Origin: Microthyrium microscopicum
Taxonomy: Eukaryota
DNA length: 64,000 bases
Direction of reading: 5' to 3'
NCBI GenBank assembly: GCA_010405405.1
Contig: MU004232.1
Location: 2,549,038-2,613,037 of the forward strand
Numbering within the stretch: position 1 is the first letter of the stretch; every line of letters starts with the position of its first letter. This document shows, one piece after another, positions 36,486 to 50,837 of the stretch. Below the pieces are notes generated by a model that did not search any database, was not told where the DNA came from, and was given only the letters and a program-made list of their open reading frames with translations. Made by a program: the position numbers and the translations under genes.

Positions 36486-37291
36486 ATTGCTGATTGGTCA
36501 TATTTGATAAGCAGCTTTTCGGTGGACAGATTTGGATTGCAATTGGCCGGCTCAGTTGTTCGCATCTCTGGTCATAGAGTAGAGTAGTGTGGCCAGACAT
36601 CATCGCAGATGCGATTCATTTCTATAGATCAGCAGAGATTTGGGGTCAACCTGCCACTAGATTGTATAAATAGATTCTATCCTTTCAATATCTTCCCAGC
36701 TCTTTACTTGTGACTCTGTGGTCCCGGTTCGCGCTAACCTGTGGTCGTTTTGTGATTTCGCTAGATCCGTAACATAGCAACAAGATCTTATTTTCTCGGC
36801 AGTTTTTTAGTTATTCGGCTTCTTGAGTGTTTGTTTGTCTGCTATGATTGACGAGCATAAAGAAAACCAAATGCGCGCCAGCGTGGTTGATGACAGAACA
36901 AAGCGGATTGTTGGACAGGTTAGACGAAGATGTGTGTGTTGGAGAGATCTGAGCCGAATTGCCGACTCGGCATGCCGAATCAACAATCTAATTCTTCACG
37001 TGAAGCGGCCTCGATTTGGTGACGATCAGAAGGATCGCCAAAGATGTTGCGCCATCAACATCTTCCAACACCCTTCAGGCGCACAAGATCCAAGGACCGG
37101 GCTCCAGGCATATATTTCCACTGATGAACTAGACACCAAAGCTCCGTTCTACCTCGATACCCATCGATTAGCGTCACGGTAAACGATCCTACCCAAAAAC
37201 GCGAAACCCCTCCGCGTTTTGGTAGCCTTATATCAAAGGCCCTTCTTCGTCGCAACACTGAGTGTATCGTCTTGTACATATTCCACACGAA

Positions 37292-37930
37292 ATGTTTTGC
37301 TTACGAAGCTGGATACCGATTCTTTTCTTTCTGTAAGTTTAGACCTTTGTCACTTCAGTTCGATGCGGCAAGTCTTATCTCGCTTGCCACTCTGCGAGGC
37401 TGCGAGCTGATTGACTTTCCTTCCGCTTCCTAGGTTTCCTATTGTATTGTCACTGCTAACACGAATATCAAAGGACCAATGCCTCTCCAATATACCTTGT
37501 CCTCTTTATATCCGCAACGTACATAGTAAACCGGCCATGCGTATACTGCTCCCTTCTCCTCGCGATCCTGGTCATTTCACTCTTCGACTTTCACACGGAC
37601 GACTGGTTTGAACCACGGTACCGACGAGCAGAGAACATGAACGGCTTCTTCGCGTCTCCCTCAAACACATCGTCACCCCTCCTACAACCCGGCTCAGCGT
37701 TCAATGGCTCGATGCTAGTACCGGACGTTGTTCGAGACACACTGGCAGTCTTCAGCGCAGCAGTAAACAATAGTATGCCGACAGTCGCTGGAAGCATCTG
37801 GAAATCGTCGAAAGAAACTGTCGGCGAGGTGACAGCAAACGCCACTGTGTCCGGAGTCAGTGGATGGATAAGAAACGTTCTTAGGAAGGAATGGCGGATA
37901 GATTGTCTGGACATTGTTCTTCGGCTTTGA
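37292..37930 (+). CDS. BC10/BLCAP (bladder cancer-associated protein) family small membrane protein (2 exons)
   Basis: Exon 1 MFCLRSWIPILFF; intron ~37333-37473; exon 2 TNASPIYLVLFISATYIVNRPCVYCSLLL, in frame with the listed 37637-37930 ORF. Confidence 0.85.
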
Positions 37931-38544
37931 TTTGACTGCCAGCAGACATGCGGATACAGTGATCACACTATATACTGTCTTTGTACGATGATTGTGGGAA
38001 CAGGCGGAAGCGTTGCATCTGATTATGCACGAAATTACGAACAGCAGCATAGCTATGCGGATTCTATCCGCGCCATTAATAGCAAATTGGCTTTTTGGCC
38101 ATACATATTCTGATATCAACTTCAAGTCGGCCCATTCTATCACCTTCAGTCTCCCATCGTGCACCTCAGCTATACCTTATTACCAACCTCAAATACCAGA
38201 AGTTCAAGATATGAAGCATACATGGTTTCCACTGAGGATGGAGTGATTGAAGAGCTGATATCCCAGAGCTTTGTCCTAGATCTTATGTATGTACCGGTAT
38301 GGCTCTTGGAGAGCAACTCACTCAACAGCTGCCCTTTTTTAATTACAAAAACTGGCACAAAAAGCTATCACAGCGGGCACACAAAGCAGCCAGCAAAGCT
38401 TTTATTGGCTCAGGCAACTTGCATGATGAACTATGGCGAAATTGTTGGCTGCATATTTAGTCGCGGGTAGCTTGCTTGATCACCGTTGTTCTGCACTAGA
38501 ATTCCACTGCTAACCAAAACCAACCACCAACCTGCTCTTTCAAT

Positions 38545-38878
38545 CTGGAGGGTCGGCAACCCGGATCCGTAATAATAAGAACCTGATCCGTCGCTTGATC
38601 AGGTAAGGTGTTACTCAAAAAACGATGGTACTTATATAGCGCTAACGTAATCCATTAGCGCTACATAATAGATTTAAGCTTCAAAACTACTTGGTTCCTT
38701 AAGTTCCGTATAATCTCCTTTTGGTACGACGACGGGAAGTGGATTAGCTATTCCTTTGTAAGTAAGGTAGCTTTCACGAGCCTGAAGTTTACTTGGTACA
38801 CCATTTAAAATACCGAAGGAGTGGCCCAGTCCGCTGGAGTCCGTTTATTAACAAAAATGTCAGTTGCCGACCCTCCAG
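38545..38878. mobile_element. Tourist-like MITE (334 bp) related to the Harbinger at 56770-59936
   Basis: 16-bp TIR ctggagggtcggcaac flanked by AT on both sides. First ~130 bp align with the reverse complement of the Harbinger right end, including the tagcgctaa...ttagcgcta hairpin. Confidence 0.88.
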
Positions 38879-39427
38879 ATTCAATCGCACAATCCACACA
38901 TGATTTCTTGCCCGGTCGCTCTGGATTGACCACTTCCTTGCAGCATAGTACCAAGACAATGCGGGGAAAGCGCTCTAACTTTTCCGTTTGTTGACCCAGC
39001 ACCCAGATGCTAAGATAGTGCCACCAAGCATCCTTGATGGCACCTTCAGACTCCTACATCGGACGTCAATTGCGTGCTCAATCGGCCAGGAGAGCTCTGC
39101 AAAACTACAAGGTTTCAAAATGGCAGCTTCATCCAAGCCAGAATTAAAAGTTTCCAGCTGTTTACTTTCTGATCTATTTACATTGTCTCGTGTTCGTGCC
39201 CATCTCACTGCCTCAAAGCTTGTCGACAACTCTACCAACTGCAATTGGACATCTCGCGTCGTATTTTCTCTCCAACACGGGACCAATTGACCAATTTTAG
39301 GTAAGTAGCTGCAGTAAAAGCGTAATATTCTCGCTTGCTTGCGTGCTGAGTCTGACATCACCCACACCTATAGCTCCCCTTCAACCGATCTAGTACGAAG
39401 ATCGCCAACATTATTTAAACCCTGAGC

Positions 39428-41334
<1,907 letters not shown>

Positions 41335-42168
41335 AAGGAGTCTATTCACATGCGAGACTTTGCGCTTCCAGATAGCTATGATTATCCCAAAAGGTTGATG
41401 GTGGAAGCTTTGATGGAGTTGGACGATTTCATTGCTGGTGCGGGTGCGGGAATGCGGCGTTTAAGTCTTGGGCGTCGTTGAATTGGGGTTTATGATCGTG
41501 GAAAAAGTCAATAGGTATTACTAGCAGTAATGTACATTTTATTACTATCACTAATGTATGACACGGGATTGACTGACTTGAAACCTTCTGTTTTTGACAA
41601 TACTGTGAACGAAAGCATAAGATGCCAGCAATAGAAAGCTTGTTCATTTCATATTAATATCATTTTATGCGAACGAATAGTAGCTCATTCAACTACCTGT
41701 TACATCAAGATCTATACCACAACACCAATTTTTTGAAGTCCAGACCCATCACAGACAATTACTCGGACCAAGAGTAAGATAAAGCTAAATAAATCTTGGA
41801 ATCGTATGCCGCCCAAACTTTTGTTTTCCCCATACCTAGCTGCGCTTTGGGCTGCTTGTAAAACCGAAGAGCAGCACCACCAAGCGCAAATAGACAAATT
41901 GGGAACATGTACAGAAACCGCAACAAAAACAAAACAACAATAAGGGGTATCTATGCAAACAAAACAAAACGCAAAAAAAAACCAAGGGAGATAGGCGACA
42001 TGCGTGTTGTATGTGCCTGACTGGTGCAGAAAATGTAAATGTACATAGCACTGGAAGCTCGTACAGAGAGGAGAGGGTGATTAAATGGTTGATTTTTGCA
42101 AGGGATGTGTCGCCATGGACGTAAATGATGTTATGTGTGGGCGGGTATGTGTCGATATGCCATACGGA

Positions 42169-45100
42169 TTATGTTAGGCCGCTCATAAAGCTACCACGTT
42201 GACTCTGTCGATTGACGCCCGCGGCACTGGGATTCAGTGTACCTACACCCAATGTCTGCTGTGGAGTTGGGCTGCGTGCGTTGGGAATGCTGGTCTCGTT
42301 TGTATAGCGCTCACGTAGACGCTTGATCTCGCGCAAACGGTTGCGCCAGGGCGAGACGTGTTCGCCGCCCTCTCGCTCTTTCCACACGAGGCTGAAGAAG
42401 GAGGCGTTGAGTGCGAGTAGACGGATGAATGGCGCTAAAGAGGAGGCAGAGATCATCTTGGTTTCCGCGGCGGGTGAGATGGCTGGGAAGTCGGCCCGAG
42501 ATTGAACTTGGACTTTGTAGAAGAGTTTGCCAGCTGGATTTTGGACTGGATTATGAGGTGAGAGATCATCGACTGGAGGATGGGTGGTTGAGTCGTCGGT
42601 GGAGAGGCGTTGGTCGACAAAGGAGGTACGGACTTCGGGAGTGATGACTATGTAAACGTAGTTGAATTGGGAGGGAAACGTATCAAATTTGAAGTCTTGG
42701 CCCGAATCGTTCCAGATGATGCTGACGAAATCGTTGCCGATGTGGCTTTTCTTTCTTATGAGACAGTCGGGATCTTTCTCCATGTCTGTAGGCATCATGG
42801 TTGTAACGTGGAAGACGACTTCAGTGGCACGGTCTCGCCAACAGTAGGCGTATTTGCCATCAAAGTCGCCAACCCGATCAAGACCTTGCGTATTTAAGGT
42901 AGCACCTTTCAATCGCACCAAAGTGCCTAATTGGCTGATGAAATCGGCATATGCAGCTGAGCCGGAGTCATTTTTCAAGATCTCGGTTTCTTGAGTTTGA
43001 TTTTCTCCAACATAGATGACGCCGATTTTGTGACCATCCACAGTGGAATTGAGATCAAAACCCTTGAGCGCCCGCTGAATTCGATCGTCATTTGCTGGAA
43101 GAGGAACAGGGACTTCTTTTAGTAGAGCAGGTGCGGCTGCCAGGCTGAGAGATGAATACATATCCTGCATGACATCTTCGGGAAGGACACCAATGTAAGA
43201 TGACGTGTAGAAGACATCAGCTTCCAAGCCATTGGTAACCGGAACTTGATGTCTTGCTGGCTTTGTCAACAAGGGACGATAGATGGAATATCTGGTGCTA
43301 GATGGGCGTCTCCGGGTGATGGCCGAGAGACCAGTTCTACCGGCTGTTTTGATGGTGACCAAGCTCATTCCAACGATCCATGTCCTCTCGGATACCTCTC
43401 CATCAATCGGCTTTGAAAAGTCTGTCTGCTCAGCAGTCTCGTCACGATCAGTGAAGGCGACACGCTCGATCATATCAAGTGTGACCATTCCCTGTTCTTC
43501 CACGACTTCATCGCCGCTATCATCACTATACATGAGATTTCTGCCTATCCAAGGAACGTAACCAGGGCGGTCCCGGAGCTTCAGGGCCATAAACCAGAAA
43601 GTGATGACATGATAAGCGAGAGCATAGACGTACTGTGGCAAATCGTCATCTCGAGATTTGTTTCGCAATTCTGGATCTGTGGCCTGCTTTTTTGATTCTC
43701 GAGCAGAATCACTGTGTCGCTTAGCTTTAGAGGATTGTATAGAGGCTCGTTTCAGACTCTCTTCTTCTTGTTTTTTGACCTCCCGTTCCCTGCCGTCCCG
43801 TACGTATTGGAGGTAGCGAAAGCTAATACCAAACACCATTTTGTAATCCTCTTCTCTGAAGTTCTTGTACAGTTCCGGTAATCTCGCCACTCCGCAAAGA
43901 AATTCCAAAATGTGAATGGCGATCTGGGGCTGCGTGATGATTTGGGCCATTTTTGCAAGTATACTATCGAGCGTTCTGGCGATGGATAGCGGGAGCTCAT
44001 GGCAGCAAATGGACAAGGCGTGAATGCACCATTTTGAAGTGCCGTCCCAGGATCCAAGTCCCGAGATAAACGAGCGAACCATGTCATCGTGTTCGCTTTT
44101 GGCGAAGAAGGTATTGTAACTGATTATCATTGTGAGGACATGAAACAAGCATATAGCTACATCTGCTTTTCGTAGAGACGAATGACCTGGTGGAGCGTGA
44201 AAGTTCTGTGTTCGAATTTGATCACACAGAACATTCCTGAGCATTTTGATGTGTGGAATGGCCTGAGTAAAAAGAGTGTGGTTTTTGAGCTGTGCACCCA
44301 GATGGACCAAAACATAGCTGTATATCTCCCAGTCAAAAACATCTACAGGTTGTTGGAGTAGACCGAGAACAGCCTCGAGCCATAGAGAGACTTTGAGAAC
44401 GGTATACTTTTGTCCAGGTACGATGACTCTGGGAGGTGCTGAATAGAGCACCAGACTTGGAATCTTGGATGGCTCCTGAGGAAGACCTTTAGGGCCAGGA
44501 TAGAACCACAATGGCGGTACCGGACGTTTGACATTGACCGCTTTGGATTTTGTGACTTGTGCGCTGCCCGTCGAGACAGTCCGTGTCTCTTGAGGTTCTA
44601 TGACTCCTGTATCCGCAGATCCCCAATTGGCAGTGTCCAGGGTTCTACAGAGGACGGCGGCGATAGTCTCAGACTCGGAGATGGGGGCAACATAGATTCT
44701 ATGCTCGCCAGTGCTTCGAAGTCGGAAAAACAGCTTCAAGGCACATATGCGGGCATCTGCGTCAAGCTTGCCATCTTGCGTGACTTCTAGAATCAAGAGA
44801 TAGAGTTGTTCGGCATGATGGGCAGATTCGTTCATAACCTTCAAAAAAAGACGAATGACATGTCTAACGACGATCCGACAAGCAGACGGATCTGAAGTCT
44901 TTAGTTTCGGGATAGGTGATACTGAAGGTCGACGGGCGGTTGGAGAAGTTCCGGTGGCTTGGGCTCGCCTGAAAATGGCTTCCTTTACCTTGACCATCAC
45001 GGTTTCAAAAAGCGCATCTCGATGCGCACTATTTAGTACTTTTGTCGCAAATGCCGCAAGCAATTCAAGAACAACAAGGTCGGATTCAGTGTGAAAGTTT

Positions 45101-46848
45101 TCCAGAATCGTGAAAATGAACTCTTCCACAGAGGAGGTAGGCAGAAACTGGACCTGATCAAACCTTGCTATCATTCGTTCGTAAGCTTTTTTCCGAAGAG
45201 ATGCTGGCCTCGAGGTTTCATGGGCGAAGTTCATAGTCAGGTGCTTCCAATACTTTTGATATACGTCCATGTCTGCAGGTACCAGGAAAGGACGAGTCGA
45301 GAAATAGTCAAGAAGGGTGGAAGCAGCACTATCACTCAGAGAATCGCCAAGGGTGAAGAAAAGGGCGGCAGCTTCGTCTTGATGAATCACGTTGAGTTCG
45401 TCAAAGCCGCTAGAGATATCTTGAATGATGCCATTGAATAAGCGAAGAGCCTCTGCGTGGCGTGAATTGTCCTCTCGTTTCGACTCGGTCTGTTTTTGTA
45501 GAACTTTGTGACATTGTAGCAACGATTCCCGAAAGTACATCCAGTCTGTATCCTCGAAGAGGCGTTTTCGTAACATGGGCTTGTCTAGAACAGATCGATA
45601 CAGCTTAAGTACCTCCAGTTCTAGTTTGTATTTTCCAGGCCGTTGCAGAGCTGTATTGATTGGGGACATCAGTGAAGCTAGGGACACGTTGGGTAAGCCT
45701 TCTTGTCCATCATTCTCCATGAGGCGTCGTAGAATCGCAAAGGAACCTTGGACTGTAATATCCTGTAGTTCAGATCTTTTGATGAGAATGTCAAAAATGT
45801 GCTCAAGAGCTGCGCTTCGTAAGTTGGACTCAAGAACCCGTTTTATTACAGTCCAGCATTTATTTCTTACGGTTGAAACTTGTCTGTACACTCCACAGAG
45901 GAGTTCTATACAAGGTTCAAAGGTTCTCGGAGTAACGTTTGTGAAGGTCGCAATGTGGCTGATAGTGTCCAAGGAGTTATCAAGATCCACCCATGTTGTA
46001 GTCTTACTACAGACATTGTGGATCTGGCCAATGATTTGTTTGAAGTCAGAGTCTTTCAAAGAAATCGTGTTGAACTTGATGACCTCAATGGCGAATTTGA
46101 AAGCGCTTGCAAGACCTTCTTCTTCAAAGCTTGTTGATTCCCCATAGCTTTTGGCATTTTTCTTACGATAGTCATTTGCGTTGGTGAAAGACGTGTTCAG
46201 GATTTCGCTGATGAAAGCCGCAATCTGAGTCTCCGTGCATTCAATGTTCCGTCCATTTTGGGTGAGGTCAATGGCAGCCTGGAGTCGCATATCTACATTA
46301 TCATCGCGGGGGTAATTGAATATCGATTCCCAGAAGAGTGCCCGTGAGGTTGTCGTAAGCTCTGCAGCCCGAATGCAGCTGTCCAAGAGCGAAAAGCCAG
46401 CATGAGAGGCTTCCACAGACTCCTCAAACCGAAGGTCATGGCCGATAGCCCAGATTGGTAAGACTTCCTTCACAGGAAATGTCGAGAGAAAACCACAAAT
46501 TTTCCCAGCAGCTTGTATTCGAGCGGGTAATTGCATTCGACTGTCAAGTTGGACTAGATATCTCTTGAGCTCTGGCGGTGCTCCTGCAATATTGACCAAC
46601 TGAGGATCACTAGAATGTGAGGTGGGTAAGGTCGGCGGTTCATCATCATTTAAATCGGATTTGCTATATTCAAGACTCAAAGTATCCGAGGCAGCTGGTA
46701 CCGAAAGGGAAGAGTCTGTTGCAGACAATGTTGGCGACTGGACAGTAGGTTTACGTCCAGCAGCCAGGGTTCGCCATGCTGAGAGCAGCATGGATGATGA
46801 TGGTTTGCGATCCGGACGGCGCTGCTTGGCTTCGTCGGCTGGAGACAT
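42169..46848 (-). CDS. TSC2: Tuberin, Rheb GTPase-activating protein
   Basis: Long uninterrupted ORF (first ATG 46848). HEAT-like N-terminus, tuberin region, C-terminal Rap-GAP motifs GHKIGVIYVGENQT, VVFHVTTMMP, KKSHIGNDFVSIIWN. Confidence 0.93.
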   Translation of the reverse strand: MSPADEAKQRRPDRKPSSSMLLSAWRTLAAGRKPTVQSPTLSATDSSLSVPAASDTLSLEYSKSDLNDDEPPTLPTSHSSDPQLVNIAGAPPELKRYLVQLDSRMQLPARIQAAGKICGFLSTFPVKEVLPIWAIGHDLRFEESVEASHAGFSLLDSCIRAAELTTTSRALFWESIFNYPRDDNVDMRLQAAIDLTQNGRNIECTETQIAAFISEILNTSFTNANDYRKKNAKSYGESTSFEEEGLASAFKFAIEVIKFNTISLKDSDFKQIIGQIHNVCSKTTTWVDLDNSLDTISHIATFTNVTPRTFEPCIELLCGVYRQVSTVRNKCWTVIKRVLESNLRSAALEHIFDILIKRSELQDITVQGSFAILRRLMENDGQEGLPNVSLASLMSPINTALQRPGKYKLELEVLKLYRSVLDKPMLRKRLFEDTDWMYFRESLLQCHKVLQKQTESKREDNSRHAEALRLFNGIIQDISSGFDELNVIHQDEAAALFFTLGDSLSDSAASTLLDYFSTRPFLVPADMDVYQKYWKHLTMNFAHETSRPASLRKKAYERMIARFDQVQFLPTSSVEEFIFTILENFHTESDLVVLELLAAFATKVLNSAHRDALFETVMVKVKEAIFRRAQATGTSPTARRPSVSPIPKLKTSDPSACRIVVRHVIRLFLKVMNESAHHAEQLYLLILEVTQDGKLDADARICALKLFFRLRSTGEHRIYVAPISESETIAAVLCRTLDTANWGSADTGVIEPQETRTVSTGSAQVTKSKAVNVKRPVPPLWFYPGPKGLPQEPSKIPSLVLYSAPPRVIVPGQKYTVLKVSLWLEAVLGLLQQPVDVFDWEIYSYVLVHLGAQLKNHTLFTQAIPHIKMLRNVLCDQIRTQNFHAPPGHSSLRKADVAICLFHVLTMIISYNTFFAKSEHDDMVRSFISGLGSWDGTSKWCIHALSICCHELPLSIARTLDSILAKMAQIITQPQIAIHILEFLCGVARLPELYKNFREEDYKMVFGISFRYLQYVRDGREREVKKQEEESLKRASIQSSKAKRHSDSARESKKQATDPELRNKSRDDDLPQYVYALAYHVITFWFMALKLRDRPGYVPWIGRNLMYSDDSGDEVVEEQGMVTLDMIERVAFTDRDETAEQTDFSKPIDGEVSERTWIVGMSLVTIKTAGRTGLSAITRRRPSSTRYSIYRPLLTKPARHQVPVTNGLEADVFYTSSYIGVLPEDVMQDMYSSLSLAAAPALLKEVPVPLPANDDRIQRALKGFDLNSTVDGHKIGVIYVGENQTQETEILKNDSGSAAYADFISQLGTLVRLKGATLNTQGLDRVGDFDGKYAYCWRDRATEVVFHVTTMMPTDMEKDPDCLIRKKSHIGNDFVSIIWNDSGQDFKFDTFPSQFNYVYIVITPEVRTSFVDQRLSTDDSTTHPPVDDLSPHNPVQNPAGKLFYKVQVQSRADFPAISPAAETKMISASSLAPFIRLLALNASFFSLVWKEREGGEHVSPWRNRLREIKRLRERYTNETSIPNARSPTPQQTLGVGTLNPSAAGVNRQSQRGSFMSGLT

Positions 46849-47754
46849 TTCGAAGGAGAAAGGAGGACAAAGAGCGCCTGTAGAACAAAGTGCAAAGTAA
46901 TTAGCATAAAAGATGGCATGACAGGGATTTATGGAAACTGTACTGTTTGCTGACTGGGGAGAAATCTCCAATGGGGGAGATAATCATTTTAGAGTATTGT
47001 AGGAGATGTGCATGTTGTGCAACCCATTTGGGAGGAGTCAGCAGCAAGCCGGGGAACTATTAGAGAATAGCCATGACAGCAAGGTGGATGACGAAGGGAG
47101 GGGTCAGAGGATGAGATGGTGGTGATATATGTATGGTTGATGATTGTTGAGAGTCAGTGTGGTAGATTGCGGAAGGGTGAGATAGTCTTGGGACCGAAGA
47201 TGGTCATCTGCTTGTACTTGGTGGAGTAAGAGAAGAAATAAAATGCCGCTTGCGTGTGAGTGGTCAACGTACCTGCCTAAGTTCTAAACTAGCGAAAAGC
47301 GTGAGGCCGCCCATGCGCTACGCCGTAAGAGGAATGGCTTATTTTCTTCCATCGCGGTTGCTCTCTCCAAGTTTTGTGGCGTCGGTCGCTCCTTCCTTGC
47401 CTGTGTGGCTCCTGCTTATTGTTTGCAAATATTCAGACCTCAACACCCCACCACCAACAAGTTCGACAATCAATCCATCATCACCGCAAAGAACCATTTT
47501 AGGCCGCAAATTGCCTCACCTGATTGTTGTCGTCTAAATCATCTTTTCTTGTACATATCACATCCTTTTGCTTCTTTGGTTTTTCTGCACTAGCCATCTT
47601 GGACGCTCAACAACTCTCCCTGTCAGTGCGCAGCTCCAAAAAGCTATAGAGCTGTCATACTCTACGCAACCTTCTTCCATACCACAAAATCCACCGTCAC
47701 ATCAATCGCTCAAGAACAAGCTATCATCACTAAAGGCGCTACCTTTTGCTCAAG

Positions 47755-50700
47755 ATGGCTGAGCTCCAAGCAATCGGCCAGCTTTTACAACACAGCTTAA
47801 ATCCCAATGAGCGCAAAGCTGCGGAGGCGGCCCTGCGCGAGCGAGAAGCCCAACCTGGCTTCAGTATACTCTTGCTACAGGTTGTAGCGAGCCAAGACCT
47901 GGATCAAGGGCTGAGACTAGCTGCTGCTCTCTACTTCAAAAATTTCATCAAGCGGAATTGGACGGTTCGTTGGAGCCCTTTCAAGCAAAAGATCCAAGCT
48001 AACTAGCTTCTAGACTGAAGATGGCGAATACAAACTTCCTCTTGATGAAGTCGCCTCTATCAAGCGAGAAATCATCGGCCTTATGGCGTCGGTACCATCC
48101 AAGATACAACATCAGCTTGGTGAAGCTATAAGTGTCATTGCGGACAGTGATTTTTGGGAAAGATGGGACACCTTGGTCGATGTGAGGAAACCAGCACAAG
48201 AAGCAGAAGAAAGGTTGCTAATTGCTCTAGGATCTTGTTGGCCGCCTTACGCCTGATAACACTGAAGTCAACATGGGTGTCCTTCAAATCGCACATTCCA
48301 TCTTCAAGAGATGGCGACCTCTTTTCGCCTCTGACGCTTTGTTTACTGAAATCAACCACGTTCTCGAGAAGTTCTCAAAGCCTTTCCTCCAGTTACTTCA
48401 AGTAAGATAAGAACCGATGCATGGTAGAGCTCACTGACACTCTATAGCACACCGATACCGCAATTCAAGCACAACAAAACGACAAAGCTGCGCTACAACA
48501 AACCGTTAACCTTCTGAGTCTGGAGATCAAGATATTCTATGATTTGTCTTGCCAGGACATGGCCCCAGACTTTGAAGAAAATCTTCAAGCTCTATCAGGT
48601 CTTCTACAAAAATATGTCACATACGACAATGCGCTACTTCACACGGATGATGACACTGAATCAGGAGTTTTGGAATATGTAAAGGCCGGGATTTTCGAAG
48701 ACTTGACACTTTATACCCAAAAGTTTGAGGAATTTGGTCCGTACGTTCAGGAACATGTCACCAGTTGCTGGACTTTCCTCACCAATGTGGGCGCTGAAAC
48801 CAAGTATGATATCCTCGTTTCACGAGCATTGCAATTCCTCACCGCGGTTGCAAGCAATCCCCAATACGCGCAAATCTTTGGAACTGAGAGTACCATCACA
48901 GAAGTTGTCCAACGCGTCATTCTGCCTAATGTTACACTCAGAGAATCGGATCTGGAGCTGTTTGAAGATGAGCCAATTGAGTTCATCCGTAGAGATCTTG
49001 AGGGTTCTGACAACGATACTCGGAGACGTGCCGCTACAGACTTCCTTCGCCAGCTTGTAACCCACCACGAACAATTGACCACTACTGTCGTATTCGCTCA
49101 AATATCAGCTCACTTGGACGAGTACAGCAAAAATCCGAAGGATAACTGGCAACACAAGGACACTGCCATCTATTTGTTCTGCGCGGTAGCTGCAAAGGGA
49201 TCGTCAACCGCTGGCCAAGGTGTGAAGACCATCAATCCTCACGTTGACCTTATGGACTTCTTTCAAAAAAACATTGCTCAAGATCTTACATCTGGCGCGG
49301 CTTCTCACCCTGTGCTTATCGTTGATGCGATCAAGTTCCTTTATGTCTTCCGAAGCATCCTTGGTCGAGACTTGTGGCATGCCGCATTTTCTCCGCTTGT
49401 ACAGCACTTGGTTTCGAAACAGTATGTCGTTTATACATACGCGGCTATAGCAGTTGAGCGAGCCTTGACTCTGGTGGGCGACGATAAGCAACCAATTATA
49501 CCGCAGGAGGAAGTTGTCATGTTGTCTAAGGATCTTCTACAACACCTCTTTTCGATCATTCAGCAGGATTCTGACCCACGAAAGATACAAGAGAACGAAT
49601 TCTTGATGCGTTGCGTGATGCGAGTTCTCATTGTAATCCGAGAGGGAGTAATTCCTCTTACAGACCTGGTTCTGACCAATTTTATCAACATAACCATGGT
49701 TATTCGACACAATCCTTCAAATCCAAAGTTCTACTATTATCACTTTGAGGGTATTGGAGCTCTGGTTCGATTTGGTGCTCCATCGCAACCCGAGAAGCTA
49801 GAAACTGCACTATTCCAGCCGTTTGCAACTATTCTGGAAAGCGATGTCCAAGAATTCGCACCTTACGTCTTCCAACTGTTTGCTGCTCTCCTCGAAGCGA
49901 ATCCTTCCGGTACACTATCAAGCGGTTACTTTGATCTCATCCCCCCTATCCTCCTACCCAACATGTGGGATTCAAGAGGAAACATCCCCGCTCTAGTTCG
50001 CCTGCTCAGCGCCATAATACCCCGTGGAGCAGAGTCCATTATCAAGAACCATCAGCTCGAGGCTATTCTAGGCATCTTCCAAAAGCTCGTCAGTGTCAAG
50101 AGCAGCGAAGTACACGGCTTTGACCTTCTCGAATCCATCGTGGGCTCCTTCACCGTCGAACAGCTGAAACCATACTGGATTCCCCTTCTCACAATCATGC
50201 TCACCCGCCTCATGTCGGCTAAAACCGATAATTTCTCCCAACGTTTCTCCCGCTTCTACCACTTCTGTTCCGCACGGGATAAGCAAGGCCTTGGCGCTGA
50301 CTTCTTCATCGGCATCTGCGATCAAGTCCAAAACGAGTACGCTCCCTCTTTCCCCATTGCCCTGTACACCTTTTACTGATAATACCTCTTAGTGTCTTCC
50401 GCCAAGTATACACAGGCATCATTCTCCCCGACACCGCCAAATTCACCCGCTACTACGACAAGAAAATCGCGCTCGTCAGCCTTACCAAAACCCTCGCCGA
50501 CTCCACCGCTTTCAGCGACCGCTACCCCAAAGGCTGGCCACTCACTGCCGAGCAAATGCTACGCCTACTCGTCGAGCCCCCCGTCCCAACCACCGGCAGC
50601 GATGAAGTCATTGTGGACGCAGACCCAGATGATCTATCCTTTGGCGTCGGCTTTACACCACTCAATACCTGTCGTCGCACAGTGAGTGATCCGTTCCCAG

Positions 50701-50837
50701 AGGCAGCGGACGTCAAGGGCTGGGTCGCAGCGTACTTGAAGGAAGCGGATGGTAGGACTGGCGGACGAATTGGCCAGTTTGTAGAGGAGCGGCTGAGTCC
50801 ACAGCAGAAGGCGGCGATGATGGCGATTTTGTCGTAG
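47755..50837 (+). CDS. CSE1: Importin-alpha re-exporter (exportin-2/CAS), 5 exons
   Basis: IBN_N-type start (LRLAAALYFKNFIKRNW), ELFEDEPIEFIRRDLEGSDNDTRRRAATDF, QENEFLMRCVMR, PSNPKFYYYHFE. Canonical introns. Confidence 0.95.

Noticed and set aside
37333..37473. Stwintron or recursive intron in the BC10 gene
   Set aside because: The second donor (gtttcc) is poor and the resulting intron would be only 40 nt. An alternative acceptor is the simpler reading.
42323..46919. Many overlapping and antisense ORFs within TSC2 (likewise in CSE1, RAD23, MET17 and the 60480 gene)
   Set aside because: Shadow frames of real coding sequence with no independent motifs.
46849..46971. N-terminal extension of TSC2 in the ORF track (likewise 60306-60479)
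   Set aside because: Begins at a non-ATG codon; the first ATG is the more plausible start.
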